Origin: Dehalococcoidia bacterium
Lineage (GTDB): Bacteria; Chloroflexota; Dehalococcoidia; Plut-88900
Assembly (NCBI GenBank): GCA_965207225.1
Contig: CBDBLV010000004.1
Coordinates: forward strand, 1-64,000
Direction of reading: 5' to 3'
Length of the DNA stretch: 64,000 nucleotides
How positions within the stretch are numbered: position 1 is the stretch's first letter; each line of letters starts with the position of its first letter. The position numbers were made by a program, and so were the translations under genes. This document shows, piece after piece, positions 46,980 through 57,055 of this stretch. The notes beneath the pieces were generated by a model. That model had not been told where the DNA came from and did no database searches. It was given only the letters and a program-made list of their open reading frames with translations.

Positions 46980-48193
46980 CCTGCAGAGGCCAGATCAAGC
47001 CTCGGGGGGAGGGTGACGGGGCCGGAGGCCCGGGAGGGAAGGAGGACGGTGGCAGTGCCGATGGCTGTGACCTCATCCCGGTGGTCTTCGACCTTGATAT
47101 TGATTGTCACGCGATGTTCACTATCTTTGACCTCTTTGCCGGCCACTTGACCCTTGACCCACACGGTGTCTCCGATGTAGACGAAGCGGCGGACCTGGCT
47201 ATCGAGGGATACGAGCCAAGCGTCGTCGCCCATCCAGTCGGTGACTAGATGGGCAAGCCAGGCGACGCGCTGCTCTCCGAAATCGTAGGGGTGGGGGTTT
47301 CCGGTAAGGCGGGCGATATGCTCGTCCCAATGGACGGACTCGGCGATATCCGGGACGCCGTCCGCGTTTACGACATAGGCCCTGGGGTGGGCTTTGCGCC
47401 ATTGATAGGCAAGGCGATGAGCACCTGGAAAGAGCATGGCGAGGCCGTTGCCCATCTTCCAATTGACCATATCTGTAACGGTGAGCGGGCCCTTGATAAG
47501 GGGAGGGAGGGTGTCGCCGGGGTTGACGTCTTCCCAATAGCGAGGTTGGCTGCCGCGTCGGGCTTCGGACTCGTAGGCCTTGTCGAGGCACTCAATGTCC
47601 TCGGGGGTATAGGCCTGCTTTTCGTAGTGGGCGTATTTCTTGCGCTCACCCCACTTCTTCTGCCTGCCACCTCGGAACTCCTTCTCGTCCGCCACGACTA
47701 CCAAGTCGCCGTGCTGGTTTTTGAACTCTTGCCTAATGACCTCTACTAGAGCTCTGCCGCCGGTGAAGGAGCTACGTTTCTCCTGGAAGTCCTGGCGGAA
47801 GCGCCGGGCTGACAGGGTGTCGCCGGGGTAGATGGGCCTGAGCCAGTAGATGGTCTCTCCGATATACCAGGAGTGGATGCCGCTAAGGGGGTCCCGGGAG
47901 TTGATGCGGTCCTGCTCAGTCCAGTCCCGGGGCTCGGGATTGCCGGTGCTGCGATAGAAGAGGGGTGGAGCTATCATGCCGCCCCATCGGGTCTCGGGGC
48001 CGTAGTTGCGGTCGCAGAAGAGGGGGTTGTCGTCACCCGTGCCATGGGAGAAATGGCGGATAGCGTCAGACGTTACGAACTCATTGAAAGGCTGGTGTAC
48101 CTTGAGTGGAGCGCCGATCCTGCTGCGGGCGAGGGCCAGCATTTCGTCGGTGATTACCCGCTCTTCCTCTTTTGTAGAGACTTGTTGCTCCAT
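46976..48193 (-). CDS. Double-hotdog MaoC/FAS1-like dehydratase
   Basis: DAIRHFSHGTGDDNPLF, IAPP, YWEDV.PGD.LP, WMGDDAWL, YIGDT. Confidence 0.8.
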   Translation of the reverse strand: MEQQVSTKEEERVITDEMLALARSRIGAPLKVHQPFNEFVTSDAIRHFSHGTGDDNPLFCDRNYGPETRWGGMIAPPLFYRSTGNPEPRDWTEQDRINSRDPLSGIHSWYIGETIYWLRPIYPGDTLSARRFRQDFQEKRSSFTGGRALVEVIRQEFKNQHGDLVVVADEKEFRGGRQKKWGERKKYAHYEKQAYTPEDIECLDKAYESEARRGSQPRYWEDVNPGDTLPPLIKGPLTVTDMVNWKMGNGLAMLFPGAHRLAYQWRKAHPRAYVVNADGVPDIAESVHWDEHIARLTGNPHPYDFGEQRVAWLAHLVTDWMGDDAWLVSLDSQVRRFVYIGDTVWVKGQVAGKEVKDSEHRVTINIKVEDHRDEVTAIGTATVLLPSRASGPVTLPPRLDLASAG

Positions 48194-48212
48194 GATTCCC
48201 TCGATAGGGTCG

Positions 48213-49490
48213 TTAGACGTCGAGTTCCTTCAATGCACCCGAGACGGCCCGCTCTTCCATTATGACGGCTCCTTCACCAACGAGTTCAAGCACTCTTTCT
48301 CGGGAGAAACCCAGCAGGTCCCGGAGCACCGGGACGGAATGCTCTCCCAATAGGGGGGCGTGGTCTTTGGCCCCGGAACGCGAACCTGAGAATCTGAAAG
48401 GAGAGTTGAGGACTTTGACGGGACCGAGCACGGGATCTTCGACTTCAGCCAGCAGGCCGCGCTCTTCGGTTCTCGGGTCTGCAAGAACGTCCTGAATGGA
48501 AAGGACCTCGCTGCCGACGACACCTCCAGCGTCAGTGAAGGCGTGGACGGCGTCCTTTACGGAGGGGAATGTCAGGACCCATTCTTCGATGAGGGAATCG
48601 ACCTCTCTCCAGCGCAGCTCGCGGTCCGGAGGGGTGAGGAATCGAGGGTTGGAGGCGAGGTCGGGTCTGCCCATTACCCTTGTCAGGTTCTCCCAGCCTT
48701 CCTGGGTGACTGCTGCCAGGGTGACGTAGCCGTCCCGGGCCTTGTAGATGCCGTGGACGTTGACCACGGGTCTGCTCTTCTTGGGGAGTTGCTGCCCTCC
48801 GCTGATCAGCAGGTATTCGAAGGCCCATTCGTTTTGCCATATAAGGGAGTCGACAAGGGAAAGATCAACGTGCTCTCCTTTGCCGGTAACCGACCTTCTG
48901 TAAAGGGCGGCGCAAATGGCCCCGAAGGCGTGGGATCCCCCGACGGTATCTCCCACAGCAGTGCCGACGAGCCTGGGCCGGCCGTCGGCGTCTCCGTTAA
49001 GGTGGGCGACGCCGCTCATAGCCTGGGCGGTGTGGTCGGCGGCGGGGCGGTTGACGTAGCTCCCGGTCTGACCGTAGCCGGATATGGAGCACATGATAAT
49101 ACCGGGATTGGTCAGGGACAGGGAAGGGTAGTCCAGGCCGAGGCGGGCCATAACGCCCGGCCTGTAGTTTTCGACTACCACGTCACAGAGGTCGGCCAGA
49201 TCCCTTGCTATAACCTTGCCTGACGGCAAACGGAGGTCCAGGCAAAGGCCTTTCTTGCCGACGTTGTGCTGCATGAAGTAGCCGCTGATGCCCTCCTCGG
49301 TGACGTACATGAAGTCCCGGGACTGGTCGCCTGGCGGGGGTTCGATCTTGATTACCTCGGCGCCGAGATCGCAGAGGAGCCGGGTGCAGAAGGGGCCGGC
49401 GAGGGCCCGGGTAAAGTCGAGGACTCTCACGCCTGAGAGTAGTCCGGCGGCGTTTGGAGTTGGGGTCGGGCGCACCAGGATATTCCTTAC
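48213..49490 (-). CDS. Family III CoA-transferase (CaiB/BaiF); start approximate
   Basis: RVLDFTRALAGP, LGAEVIKIEPP, VVENYRPG, AVGDTVGG, APLLGEH. Confidence 0.9.
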   Translation of the reverse strand, partial: VRNILVRPTPTPNAAGLLSGVRVLDFTRALAGPFCTRLLCDLGAEVIKIEPPPGDQSRDFMYVTEEGISGYFMQHNVGKKGLCLDLRLPSGKVIARDLADLCDVVVENYRPGVMARLGLDYPSLSLTNPGIIMCSISGYGQTGSYVNRPAADHTAQAMSGVAHLNGDADGRPRLVGTAVGDTVGGSHAFGAICAALYRRSVTGKGEHVDLSLVDSLIWQNEWAFEYLLISGGQQLPKKSRPVVNVHGIYKARDGYVTLAAVTQEGWENLTRVMGRPDLASNPRFLTPPDRELRWREVDSLIEEWVLTFPSVKDAVHAFTDAGGVVGSEVLSIQDVLADPRTEERGLLAEVEDPVLGPVKVLNSPFRFSGSRSGAKDHAPLLGEHSVPVLRDLLGFSRERVLELVGEGAVIMEERAVSGALKELDV

Positions 49491-49580
49491 AAGATCTCGG
49501 TCTGTACTTACACAGTTGCCGGTATTATATAGTGGCGAAAGTTCCCAAACCCACGGTCGGCCCAGTCCCATTCCACAAAG

Positions 49581-51782
49581 ATGCTGAAAAAGACCATTGA
49601 ACCCCTTGAGCTTCTGAAGTCCCGGTTTGGATATGACCAGTTCTGGCCACTTCAGGAGGAGATAATCGGAAGTGTGTTGAAGGGTAAGGACTGCCTGGCG
49701 TTGATGCCGACGGGCGGAGGGAAGTCGCTGTGCTACCAGTTGCCGGCCCTAATGGTTCCTGGGGTGACACTGGTGGTGTCACCGCTGATAGCGTTGATGA
49801 AGGACCAAGTTGACGCTCTGAATGCAAATGGGATCCCGGCGCGGTTTATAAATAGCTCGATGTCGGGGGGTGAGATAGAGCAGGCGCAGCGGGAAGTGAG
49901 GGCCGGGCTGGTGAAGCTGCTCTACGTGGCGCCGGAGCGGCTCCCGGGGCCCGGGTTCCGGCGTTTCCTGATGGACCTGAAACTCAGCCTAATTGCAGTG
50001 GACGAGGCGCATTGCATTTCCGAGTGGGGCCACGAGTTCCGACCCGACTACCGTAACCTGGTTGATCTGAGGCGGGACTTTTCCTCGGTGCCGGTGATTG
50101 CGTTGACTGCCACGGCTACGGAGCGGGTACGGGATGACATCATCGAGCAGTTGGAATTGCAGAGAGGTCGGGTGTTCAGGTCGAGTTTCAACAGGGCCAA
50201 CCTGAGCTATTCTGTGCGGCCAAAGGCGGACTCCTGGGACGGACTAGTGTCGCTGCTGGAGAAGTACCGGGGCCAGCCCAGCATTATCTATTGCTTCTCG
50301 CGGCAGGAGACGGAGGAACTGGCTGGCAGGCTCAACAGGATGGAGTTTTCTGCAGCGCCATATCATGCAGGGCTTGATGCGGGGACGAGGAGACGGGCAC
50401 AGGACGATTTCATACGAGACAAAACTCCCATAATCGTGGCCACGATTGCCTTCGGGATGGGGATAGACAAGCCCGACGTGCGGCTGGTGGTGCACTACAG
50501 CATGCCGAAGTCGGTGGAGGGGTATTACCAGGAGACGGGTCGGGCGGGGAGGGATGGGTTGCCCAGCGAATGTGTGCTGTTTTTCTCGCTCGGGGACAGG
50601 GTGCGGCAGGACTACTTCGTCGGGCAGATTCAAGACGAGGTAGAGCGACGCAACGCCCGCGAAAAGCTGGACAGGATGGTGGACTACGCTCAGCTACCTA
50701 CGTGCAGGCGCAGCTATCTCCTGGAATACTTCGGAGAAAAATGGGGAGAGGAGAGCTGCGAGGCCTGTGATGTGTGCCTGGACCCGAGTCGGGAGTTTGA
50801 CGGGACGGAGATTGCACAGAAGATCTTGTCGGCGGTGGTGAAGACCGAAGAGAGGTTTGGGGCGACCCATGTTATCAACGTGCTAGTCGGGAGCAGGGAT
50901 AAGAGGGTGTTCAGGTTCGGGCATCACGATCTGAGCGTGTACGGGATAGTTAAGGAGTTCAGCAGGGAGCAATTGAAGGAGATTATCGGTCAGCTTCGGG
51001 CGAAAGGGTTGATGGTGAGGAATGAGGGTGAATTACCGACCTTGTCCGTTTCGGGCGAGGGATGGGAGGTGCTGAGGGGCAATGAGAGGGTGGTGTTGAT
51101 GAAGCCGGTGGACCGGGTTAGACCGAGCCGCTCGACGGTGCGGGAAGTGATGACGCAATACGACAAGGGACTGTTTGAAGAGTTGAGGGTTCTGCGCAGG
51201 CGGCTGGCCGAGGAGCGGAACGTGCCGCCCTACGTGGTTTTCGGGGATGTTCCCCTGAGGCACATGGCGGCGACATATCCTCGGAGCCGAGAGGAGTTTG
51301 CACGGATCCACGGAGTCGGGGAGGCGAAACTGGATGAGTATGGGCCGGAGTTCGTGGAGGTGATCCGGGGGTACGTGGAGGCGAACGGGATAGAAGTGCC
51401 AGCGGGGCCTGTTCCGCTGTTTCGTGATGAGGGTCGGGGGAGTGGGACATTCAGTGACGGAGTGTTAAGCAATACGTACGAGAGAACCCGAGAGATGGTC
51501 GAGGAAGGGATGACTTTGGACGAAATTGGGGAGAGTCGGGGGCTGGCGCGGAATACGGTAATCGGACATCTTGAGAGAATAGCGCGGCAGGGTGTGTCCC
51601 TTGACCTGGCTCGTATCCTTCCGGACGCGCAGAGATTTGCCAGGATAGAGCAGGCGTTTCAGCAGTCGGGGGGCGTGCTCCTCACGCCGGTCAAGGAGAT
51701 TCTCGGGGACGAATATGACTACGAAGAACTGAAGCTGGCTCGAATTCAGCTGTTTCAGACCGGAAAGCTGCCCAGTGATTAG
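49581..51782 (+). CDS. recQ: ATP-dependent DNA helicase RecQ
   Basis: MPTGGGKSLCYQ, VDEAHCISEWGHEFRP, QETGRAGRDG, RQC Zn site, HRDC and C-terminal HTH. Confidence 0.97.
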   Translation: MLKKTIEPLELLKSRFGYDQFWPLQEEIIGSVLKGKDCLALMPTGGGKSLCYQLPALMVPGVTLVVSPLIALMKDQVDALNANGIPARFINSSMSGGEIEQAQREVRAGLVKLLYVAPERLPGPGFRRFLMDLKLSLIAVDEAHCISEWGHEFRPDYRNLVDLRRDFSSVPVIALTATATERVRDDIIEQLELQRGRVFRSSFNRANLSYSVRPKADSWDGLVSLLEKYRGQPSIIYCFSRQETEELAGRLNRMEFSAAPYHAGLDAGTRRRAQDDFIRDKTPIIVATIAFGMGIDKPDVRLVVHYSMPKSVEGYYQETGRAGRDGLPSECVLFFSLGDRVRQDYFVGQIQDEVERRNAREKLDRMVDYAQLPTCRRSYLLEYFGEKWGEESCEACDVCLDPSREFDGTEIAQKILSAVVKTEERFGATHVINVLVGSRDKRVFRFGHHDLSVYGIVKEFSREQLKEIIGQLRAKGLMVRNEGELPTLSVSGEGWEVLRGNERVVLMKPVDRVRPSRSTVREVMTQYDKGLFEELRVLRRRLAEERNVPPYVVFGDVPLRHMAATYPRSREEFARIHGVGEAKLDEYGPEFVEVIRGYVEANGIEVPAGPVPLFRDEGRGSGTFSDGVLSNTYERTREMVEEGMTLDEIGESRGLARNTVIGHLERIARQGVSLDLARILPDAQRFARIEQAFQQSGGVLLTPVKEILGDEYDYEELKLARIQLFQTGKLPSD

Positions 51783-51838
51783 CTGAACGCAAATTATATG
51801 GAAGTCCGGCTTGGGATTAATCAGATAGGAGTTACGTA

Positions 51839-52813
51839 ATGACAGTAGCGAGTGGGTCAAGGACGCTGAAGGTGGGGTTGATGCTGCCTCAGACGGAGGG
51901 GCTTCGGGGGTCGGGGGTGAGGGGATGGGAGGAAGTCAAGGAGATGGCACTGCTGGCGGAGGAGGTTGGGTTTGACTCGGTGTGGTTGGTGGACCACTTG
52001 CTGTACAAACTGGAAGGGGAGGAGCAGGCGCGGGGCGTGTGGGAGTGCTGGTCACTGGTGTCGGCTGTGGCGGCGATAACGGAGAGGGTGGAAATAGGAA
52101 CACTGGTGATGGCGATGGGATGGCGGAACCCTGCGCTCTTGGCAAAGATGGCATCTACGGTGGAGGAAATCAGCGGAGGGAGGCTGATACTGGGGCTCGG
52201 GTCCGGGTACCACAAGTTTGAGTACGAAGCCTTCGGCTACGCCTTTGACTACAAGGTGAGTCGATTCGAGGAGGCTATTCAGATAATTCATGGGTTGCTC
52301 CGGAATGGATACGTAGACTTCGAGGGTCGGTTCCACAGTGCGAAGCAGTGTGAACTGAGGCCGCTCGGGCCGAGGGAGGGGGGGCCGCCCATCCTGATAG
52401 GAGCGAGCGCACCCCGAATGTTGGCCGTGGCAGCGAAATACGCGGACGCCTGGAACGCCTACTACGACGATACATCGAACAGCGTTGAGGGCGCGGTAAA
52501 GTTGCGTTCAGTGGTAGATGAGGCTTGTCGTAAGGAGGATCGAGGGCCGGGCACGCTTGAGCGCACGGTTGCGGTGTTGATAGCAGAAGCGTCGGCGGAC
52601 CCGTGGTGGGACCGGATGCCATCGGACCAGATGAGGGACCAGTCGCCGCTGATACCCCTGGCCGGGCCCCCGGATGAGATAGCCGGCATACTCCGGGAAT
52701 ACGAGCGAGAAGGCGTAACGCACATCCAGATCTGCATGGAACCGACGACCGTCAAGACAATAGAGCAGCTCGTACCGGTGCTGGAGGAGTTGGACAAGCT
52801 GAGCGCGGGTTAG
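51839..52813 (+). CDS. LLM-class flavin/F420-dependent oxidoreductase
   Basis: AEEVGFDSVWLVDH, RNPALLAKMA, SGGRLILGLGSG. Confidence 0.9.
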   Translation: MTVASGSRTLKVGLMLPQTEGLRGSGVRGWEEVKEMALLAEEVGFDSVWLVDHLLYKLEGEEQARGVWECWSLVSAVAAITERVEIGTLVMAMGWRNPALLAKMASTVEEISGGRLILGLGSGYHKFEYEAFGYAFDYKVSRFEEAIQIIHGLLRNGYVDFEGRFHSAKQCELRPLGPREGGPPILIGASAPRMLAVAAKYADAWNAYYDDTSNSVEGAVKLRSVVDEACRKEDRGPGTLERTVAVLIAEASADPWWDRMPSDQMRDQSPLIPLAGPPDEIAGILREYEREGVTHIQICMEPTTVKTIEQLVPVLEELDKLSAG

Positions 52814-54885
52814 TCGAGGTGGTCTAGGGCGGGGTCGGACATTGCGCGTTCTACGAAGCGGTCGGCGTCCTCTTCGAGGATCAAACGCTCTTCGAGCAGG
52901 CGTTGGCAAGCCAATGTGACGAGTCGGACGTAGCGGGCACGAGAAACATAGCGTTCTTCAATCGAGAGCCGCGGATCTCCTTTGGCAATGCGCTCTTCCC
53001 GGGTATTTGCGAAGGGGAGATAGCTACCGTAGACGGCGGCCATGGCATTCCCGGCTTGGCCAGGCAGCCTGAAGTTCCAGCCGGTGTAAGTGGCCAGTGG
53101 GACCTCGAGTTCAGGGCCTCGAATTCCGGGCACATCGTTACCATCTGCGTCGACGTGGGGGACAAGGACGGTGTATTGTCGACTCTTGTCTTCCACCGGG
53201 GGTTCGACGGAGAGAATGCCGTTGTCGAATTCCGGGCCGTGGTCTTGGACGTAGAGTCGGTTGGGAGCGGATGGGGGGTTGACGCCGAGGATGGCCGGGA
53301 ATGCGGTGGTGACGGTTTCGGCGGGGACGGAGTTCTCTGAGTCGCGAGTGGGGACGCGGCTATCGGGGGGTACGGCCCCATCCGTTACCCAGGCGTCCAG
53401 GTTATCCAGCATAGCGCGGAGTAAGGCGGTGACGTTGAGCGGGTTGGTGGGGTGCTTGAAGGAAGCGTAGTCGGGGCCTTCGATGTGGTCGGGGCTGTGC
53501 TCCGCAGAGGCGAACAGGTAGATGCGTGAGCGCTCGTGGTCGGGGAGGTCGTTGCCGAGGGAATCGGTGTGGACGAGGGAGCCGCGGCGCTGCCAGTACT
53601 CGGAGGCGGACTGGGTGTGGATGACGAGGGGGTCGGTCTCGGGGCGCTTAAGGATTCCGTCGGTCTTCTCGGTTATGGCGTCGGTGGTGACGGAATAGGC
53701 ATGGGGGAACTGGTCGGAAGGGTAAAGGTGGTCGTAGTGCTGTCTCGGGTACCTGCCGGGCTGGGAGAAGCGGTAGTTGACGAATACGCGGCCTCCTCCC
53801 GAGACAAAGGGTGAAATGCCGGCAAAGACCTGCCTCCCTTCAGCATCTTCGTTGAAGCCCCGGTAGGTGAATTCCCGAAGAAAGCGAGCGCTCTGGGAGC
53901 AGCCCCAGCCGTAGACTTTTTCGATGCCTGCGCCGTTGTCGCGGACGGGGTTGGGCTGACCTGCGGAGTCGGAATCGGCGTTGAGGAGGAAGGATATGAG
54001 GTCACGGAGACCGGTGAAGCCGAGTCCCATGACCAAGGGGTCTTTGGCCGTGTAGACGAGCTCGTAGATCCAGCCGGGCTTGAATCCTTCGGGGAGGTAG
54101 ACGTCGGTGGGGGAGGGGATGGGGTTGCCCGAGGCGTCGGGCTTGGCGAACTGCCAGGCTTCGGGAGGGATGGGGATGCGGGGGTCGGTCTCGTAGTTGC
54201 GGTAGGTGAAGACGGCTTCGGAGGTATCGAGGGAGGCGGGCGCATAGGCCCGGGTGTAGGCGTTGCCGCTGAGGGGCATGGAGACTATCGTGGAGGCAGA
54301 GTCGAGCTTTGTGAGGGCGTCACCGGGGGAGAACTCAGTACGGACGGGCCCAGTGATGGGCGTGCCGTTCATGGAGGCCACCGGCAGGCGCATGGCCATG
54401 CGGTTGTCGCCGGGAAGTATGTCTCCCTGCCAGCCTGACCAAAGGACTGTGTAGCCCCGACGCATCAGGAAGCCGTTACCGGCGTCGTCGACAGATGTTG
54501 GGTCGTCGACCTGAGGTGCGTCGTTGAGGAAATGGACGAGTAGCTTAGTGCCGCGGTTATTGACGTCGTACACCAGGCGTCGGTTGCCGCGAGCCATGTT
54601 CATGGGTTTGAGCATGAAGAAATCGGTGGAGTATTCGACTAGGCCGTCTGCATTGCGCTGAGCGTGTTCGATGTCTATGACGGAGGAGAAGGCAGGGGAG
54701 TTCGGGTTGACGGCGAAGTCGACGCGGCCGACGAGCTTTTCATAGGGGCCAACATCTCCGAAGGCGATGCCTGCTGCGAAGGGGACTCGGGAGTGGATTT
54801 GGAGTCTGATTTGGATGGGGTTGGCGTCTGGCAAGAGATAGTCCTCCTGGTGGGAGTCGAGTGCGAGTACGAGGAAGTGTACCAC
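52810..54885 (-). CDS. Alpha/beta hydrolase domain-containing protein; start uncertain
   Basis: VNNRG, WSGWQGD, GCSQSARFLR nucleophile elbow, EYWQRRGSL, YTGWN, DPRLSIEERY. Confidence 0.8.
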   Translation of the reverse strand: MVHFLVLALDSHQEDYLLPDANPIQIRLQIHSRVPFAAGIAFGDVGPYEKLVGRVDFAVNPNSPAFSSVIDIEHAQRNADGLVEYSTDFFMLKPMNMARGNRRLVYDVNNRGTKLLVHFLNDAPQVDDPTSVDDAGNGFLMRRGYTVLWSGWQGDILPGDNRMAMRLPVASMNGTPITGPVRTEFSPGDALTKLDSASTIVSMPLSGNAYTRAYAPASLDTSEAVFTYRNYETDPRIPIPPEAWQFAKPDASGNPIPSPTDVYLPEGFKPGWIYELVYTAKDPLVMGLGFTGLRDLISFLLNADSDSAGQPNPVRDNGAGIEKVYGWGCSQSARFLREFTYRGFNEDAEGRQVFAGISPFVSGGGRVFVNYRFSQPGRYPRQHYDHLYPSDQFPHAYSVTTDAITEKTDGILKRPETDPLVIHTQSASEYWQRRGSLVHTDSLGNDLPDHERSRIYLFASAEHSPDHIEGPDYASFKHPTNPLNVTALLRAMLDNLDAWVTDGAVPPDSRVPTRDSENSVPAETVTTAFPAILGVNPPSAPNRLYVQDHGPEFDNGILSVEPPVEDKSRQYTVLVPHVDADGNDVPGIRGPELEVPLATYTGWNFRLPGQAGNAMAAVYGSYLPFANTREERIAKGDPRLSIEERYVSRARYVRLVTLACQRLLEERLILEEDADRFVERAMSDPALDHLD

Positions 54886-54962
54886 CTAGTTGATCAGGGC
54901 ACTTTTGTGGATTTCGGAAAGCACCTATACTGGCCGCGTTCAATGTGTCGGCAGGATAAGGG

Positions 54963-55424
54963 ATGAAGAAGACCATTTACCTGGCGAACCCATACGGGTT
55001 TTCGGTGCAGCAGAAGTCTTTGCTGCTGCCGGAGTTGGTGGCGGCGCTGGAGGGGCTCGGTTTGGAGGTGTGGGAGCCGTTCGAGCGGAATAACCAGGTG
55101 GACTTTGCAGAGTCGGGGTGGGCGTACCGGATCGGGCAGGCGGACTTTCGGGATGTTGTGGAATCGGATGGGATATTTGCGGTGGTAAACGGCGTGCCGC
55201 CGGACGAGGGCGTGATGGTGGAGCTGGGGATGGCGATTGCTTTGAAGAAGCCGACGTTTCTCTTTCGGGATGACTTCCGGGGAGCGAGCGACAGCGGGGA
55301 ATATCCCCTGAACCTGATGCTGTTCACCGGTATGCCGCAAGAGGAATGGCGGGACTACTATTACACGTCTATCGAAGAACTGGCATCGAGGGAGAAGGCA
55401 CTGGCGCGGTGGGCGCAATCCTAG
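54963..55424 (+). CDS. Nucleoside 2-deoxyribosyltransferase family protein
   Basis: IYLANPYGF, PDEGVMVELGMA, NLML. Confidence 0.85.
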   Translation: MKKTIYLANPYGFSVQQKSLLLPELVAALEGLGLEVWEPFERNNQVDFAESGWAYRIGQADFRDVVESDGIFAVVNGVPPDEGVMVELGMAIALKKPTFLFRDDFRGASDSGEYPLNLMLFTGMPQEEWRDYYYTSIEELASREKALARWAQS

Positions 55425-55440
55425 ATATGGAGGAAACGAG

Positions 55441-57048
55441 ATGACCCGAGGCATGGTAGTAGCCCCACAACCCGAGGCGGTCGAGGCGGGAGCGGTGGTG
55501 CTCAAGGAGGGCGGCAATGCTATTGACGCCGGTATAGCCTGCGCGTTCGTGCAGGGGGTGGTGGACCCGCAGATGACTGGGATTGCAGGGTTCGGGAGCT
55601 TGCAAGCATATCTGCCGGGTGTTGGGGTGCATAAGTGCATCGACTTTCACGGGAAGGCGCCACTGGCTACAAAGCCGGATATGTGGGAAGACCTGATCGA
55701 AGGGGAGGCGCGGGACGGCTTCGGGTTCATCTTGAAGGGCAGGGTGAATGACCTCGGGTACCAATCGATCACGGTGCCCGGGAGCCTGAAGGCGTATGCG
55801 GAGGCGCACTCGGCGTGGGGTCGGGTGCCCTGGGCAGAGGTCATGGCCCCTGCCATCGAATATGCCAGAGAAGGGGTGTTGGTCCGGCCCCAGGTGTACG
55901 AGTGGTGGGTCAATGATGACCGGTTTGGCAGGGTGACGCCCGTGGAATTGCTTTCGTTGACGGAGTCAGGGAGGAGGATCTATTTCAACGGTGACGGGAA
56001 TGTGAAGAAGGTCGGGGAGCGGTTGGACAACCCGGACATGACGTCGGTGCTGGAGCACCTAGCGAGGGTCGGGGCTGATGATTTCTACACCGGGGAAATT
56101 GCATCGAAGATCGTGGCGGATATGGAGGCAAACGGGGGACTGATCTCGATGCAGGACCTGGTCGACTACCGGACCACACATTGCGAACCGCTACGCGGGT
56201 CATACCGGGGCTTCGACGTCGCTACGAACCAGCCCCCGGGCGGGGGAGTGCTGCTACTCCAGATGTTGAACGTGCTGGAAAACTTCGACCTGGCTGGAAT
56301 GGGCCACAACTCGGCGGAGTACGTGAGGACGGTTACGGAGGCAATGAAGCGGGCCACGGCGGACAAGGATGCGCATGTCGGGGATCCGGCGTTCGTGGAT
56401 GTACCCGCGGGTCGGCTGACGTCCAAGGAGCTGGGTCGGGAGTATGCAGATGCGATCAGGCGGGGTGAGAGAGGCAGGGTGGAGAGGATGAAAGAGGCAG
56501 TGGAGTCCAAGAGTACGACTCACGTGTGCGTGGTGGATGAGGAAGGGAATGCCTTTACGATGACTCACTCGCTGGGAATGCCGTCGGGTGTGATAACGGA
56601 GGGGCTGGGGTTCATGTACAACGGCTGCATGGCGGTGTTCGACCCGAGGCCGGGTCGGGCGGGGAGCCTGGCGCCGGGCAAGAGCCGGTTCTCTTCGATG
56701 TGCCCGACGATAGTGTTCCGGGACGGGTCGCCGTACGTGGTTATAGGGGCGCCGGGTGGTACGCAGATCACGATGGGTGTGCTGCAGGCGGTGCTGAATG
56801 TGCTGGACTTCGACATGTCGATGTCGGATGCGGTGTCGGCGGCGCGGTTCTCGGCAACGAGCAACCCGATCGATGTGAGCAACCGGATACCCAGGTTCGT
56901 GACCCGGGAGCTGGAGGATGAAGGGTACGAGGTTATCAGGTGGGCGGCGTCGTACGCCTTCGCCAGGGTGCACGGGATCAGGTTGGATGACGGGGTGTGG
57001 TCGGGTGGGGCGGACCCGGCAGGCGACGGGATGGCGCTGGGGGTATGA
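55441..57048 (+). CDS. ggt: Gamma-glutamyltransferase
   Basis: GGNAIDA, TVPG, catalytic TTH, SSMCPT, GAPGG, GGADP. Confidence 0.92.
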   Translation: MTRGMVVAPQPEAVEAGAVVLKEGGNAIDAGIACAFVQGVVDPQMTGIAGFGSLQAYLPGVGVHKCIDFHGKAPLATKPDMWEDLIEGEARDGFGFILKGRVNDLGYQSITVPGSLKAYAEAHSAWGRVPWAEVMAPAIEYAREGVLVRPQVYEWWVNDDRFGRVTPVELLSLTESGRRIYFNGDGNVKKVGERLDNPDMTSVLEHLARVGADDFYTGEIASKIVADMEANGGLISMQDLVDYRTTHCEPLRGSYRGFDVATNQPPGGGVLLLQMLNVLENFDLAGMGHNSAEYVRTVTEAMKRATADKDAHVGDPAFVDVPAGRLTSKELGREYADAIRRGERGRVERMKEAVESKSTTHVCVVDEEGNAFTMTHSLGMPSGVITEGLGFMYNGCMAVFDPRPGRAGSLAPGKSRFSSMCPTIVFRDGSPYVVIGAPGGTQITMGVLQAVLNVLDFDMSMSDAVSAARFSATSNPIDVSNRIPRFVTRELEDEGYEVIRWAASYAFARVHGIRLDDGVWSGGADPAGDGMALGV

Positions 57049-57055
57049 GGGAGGG

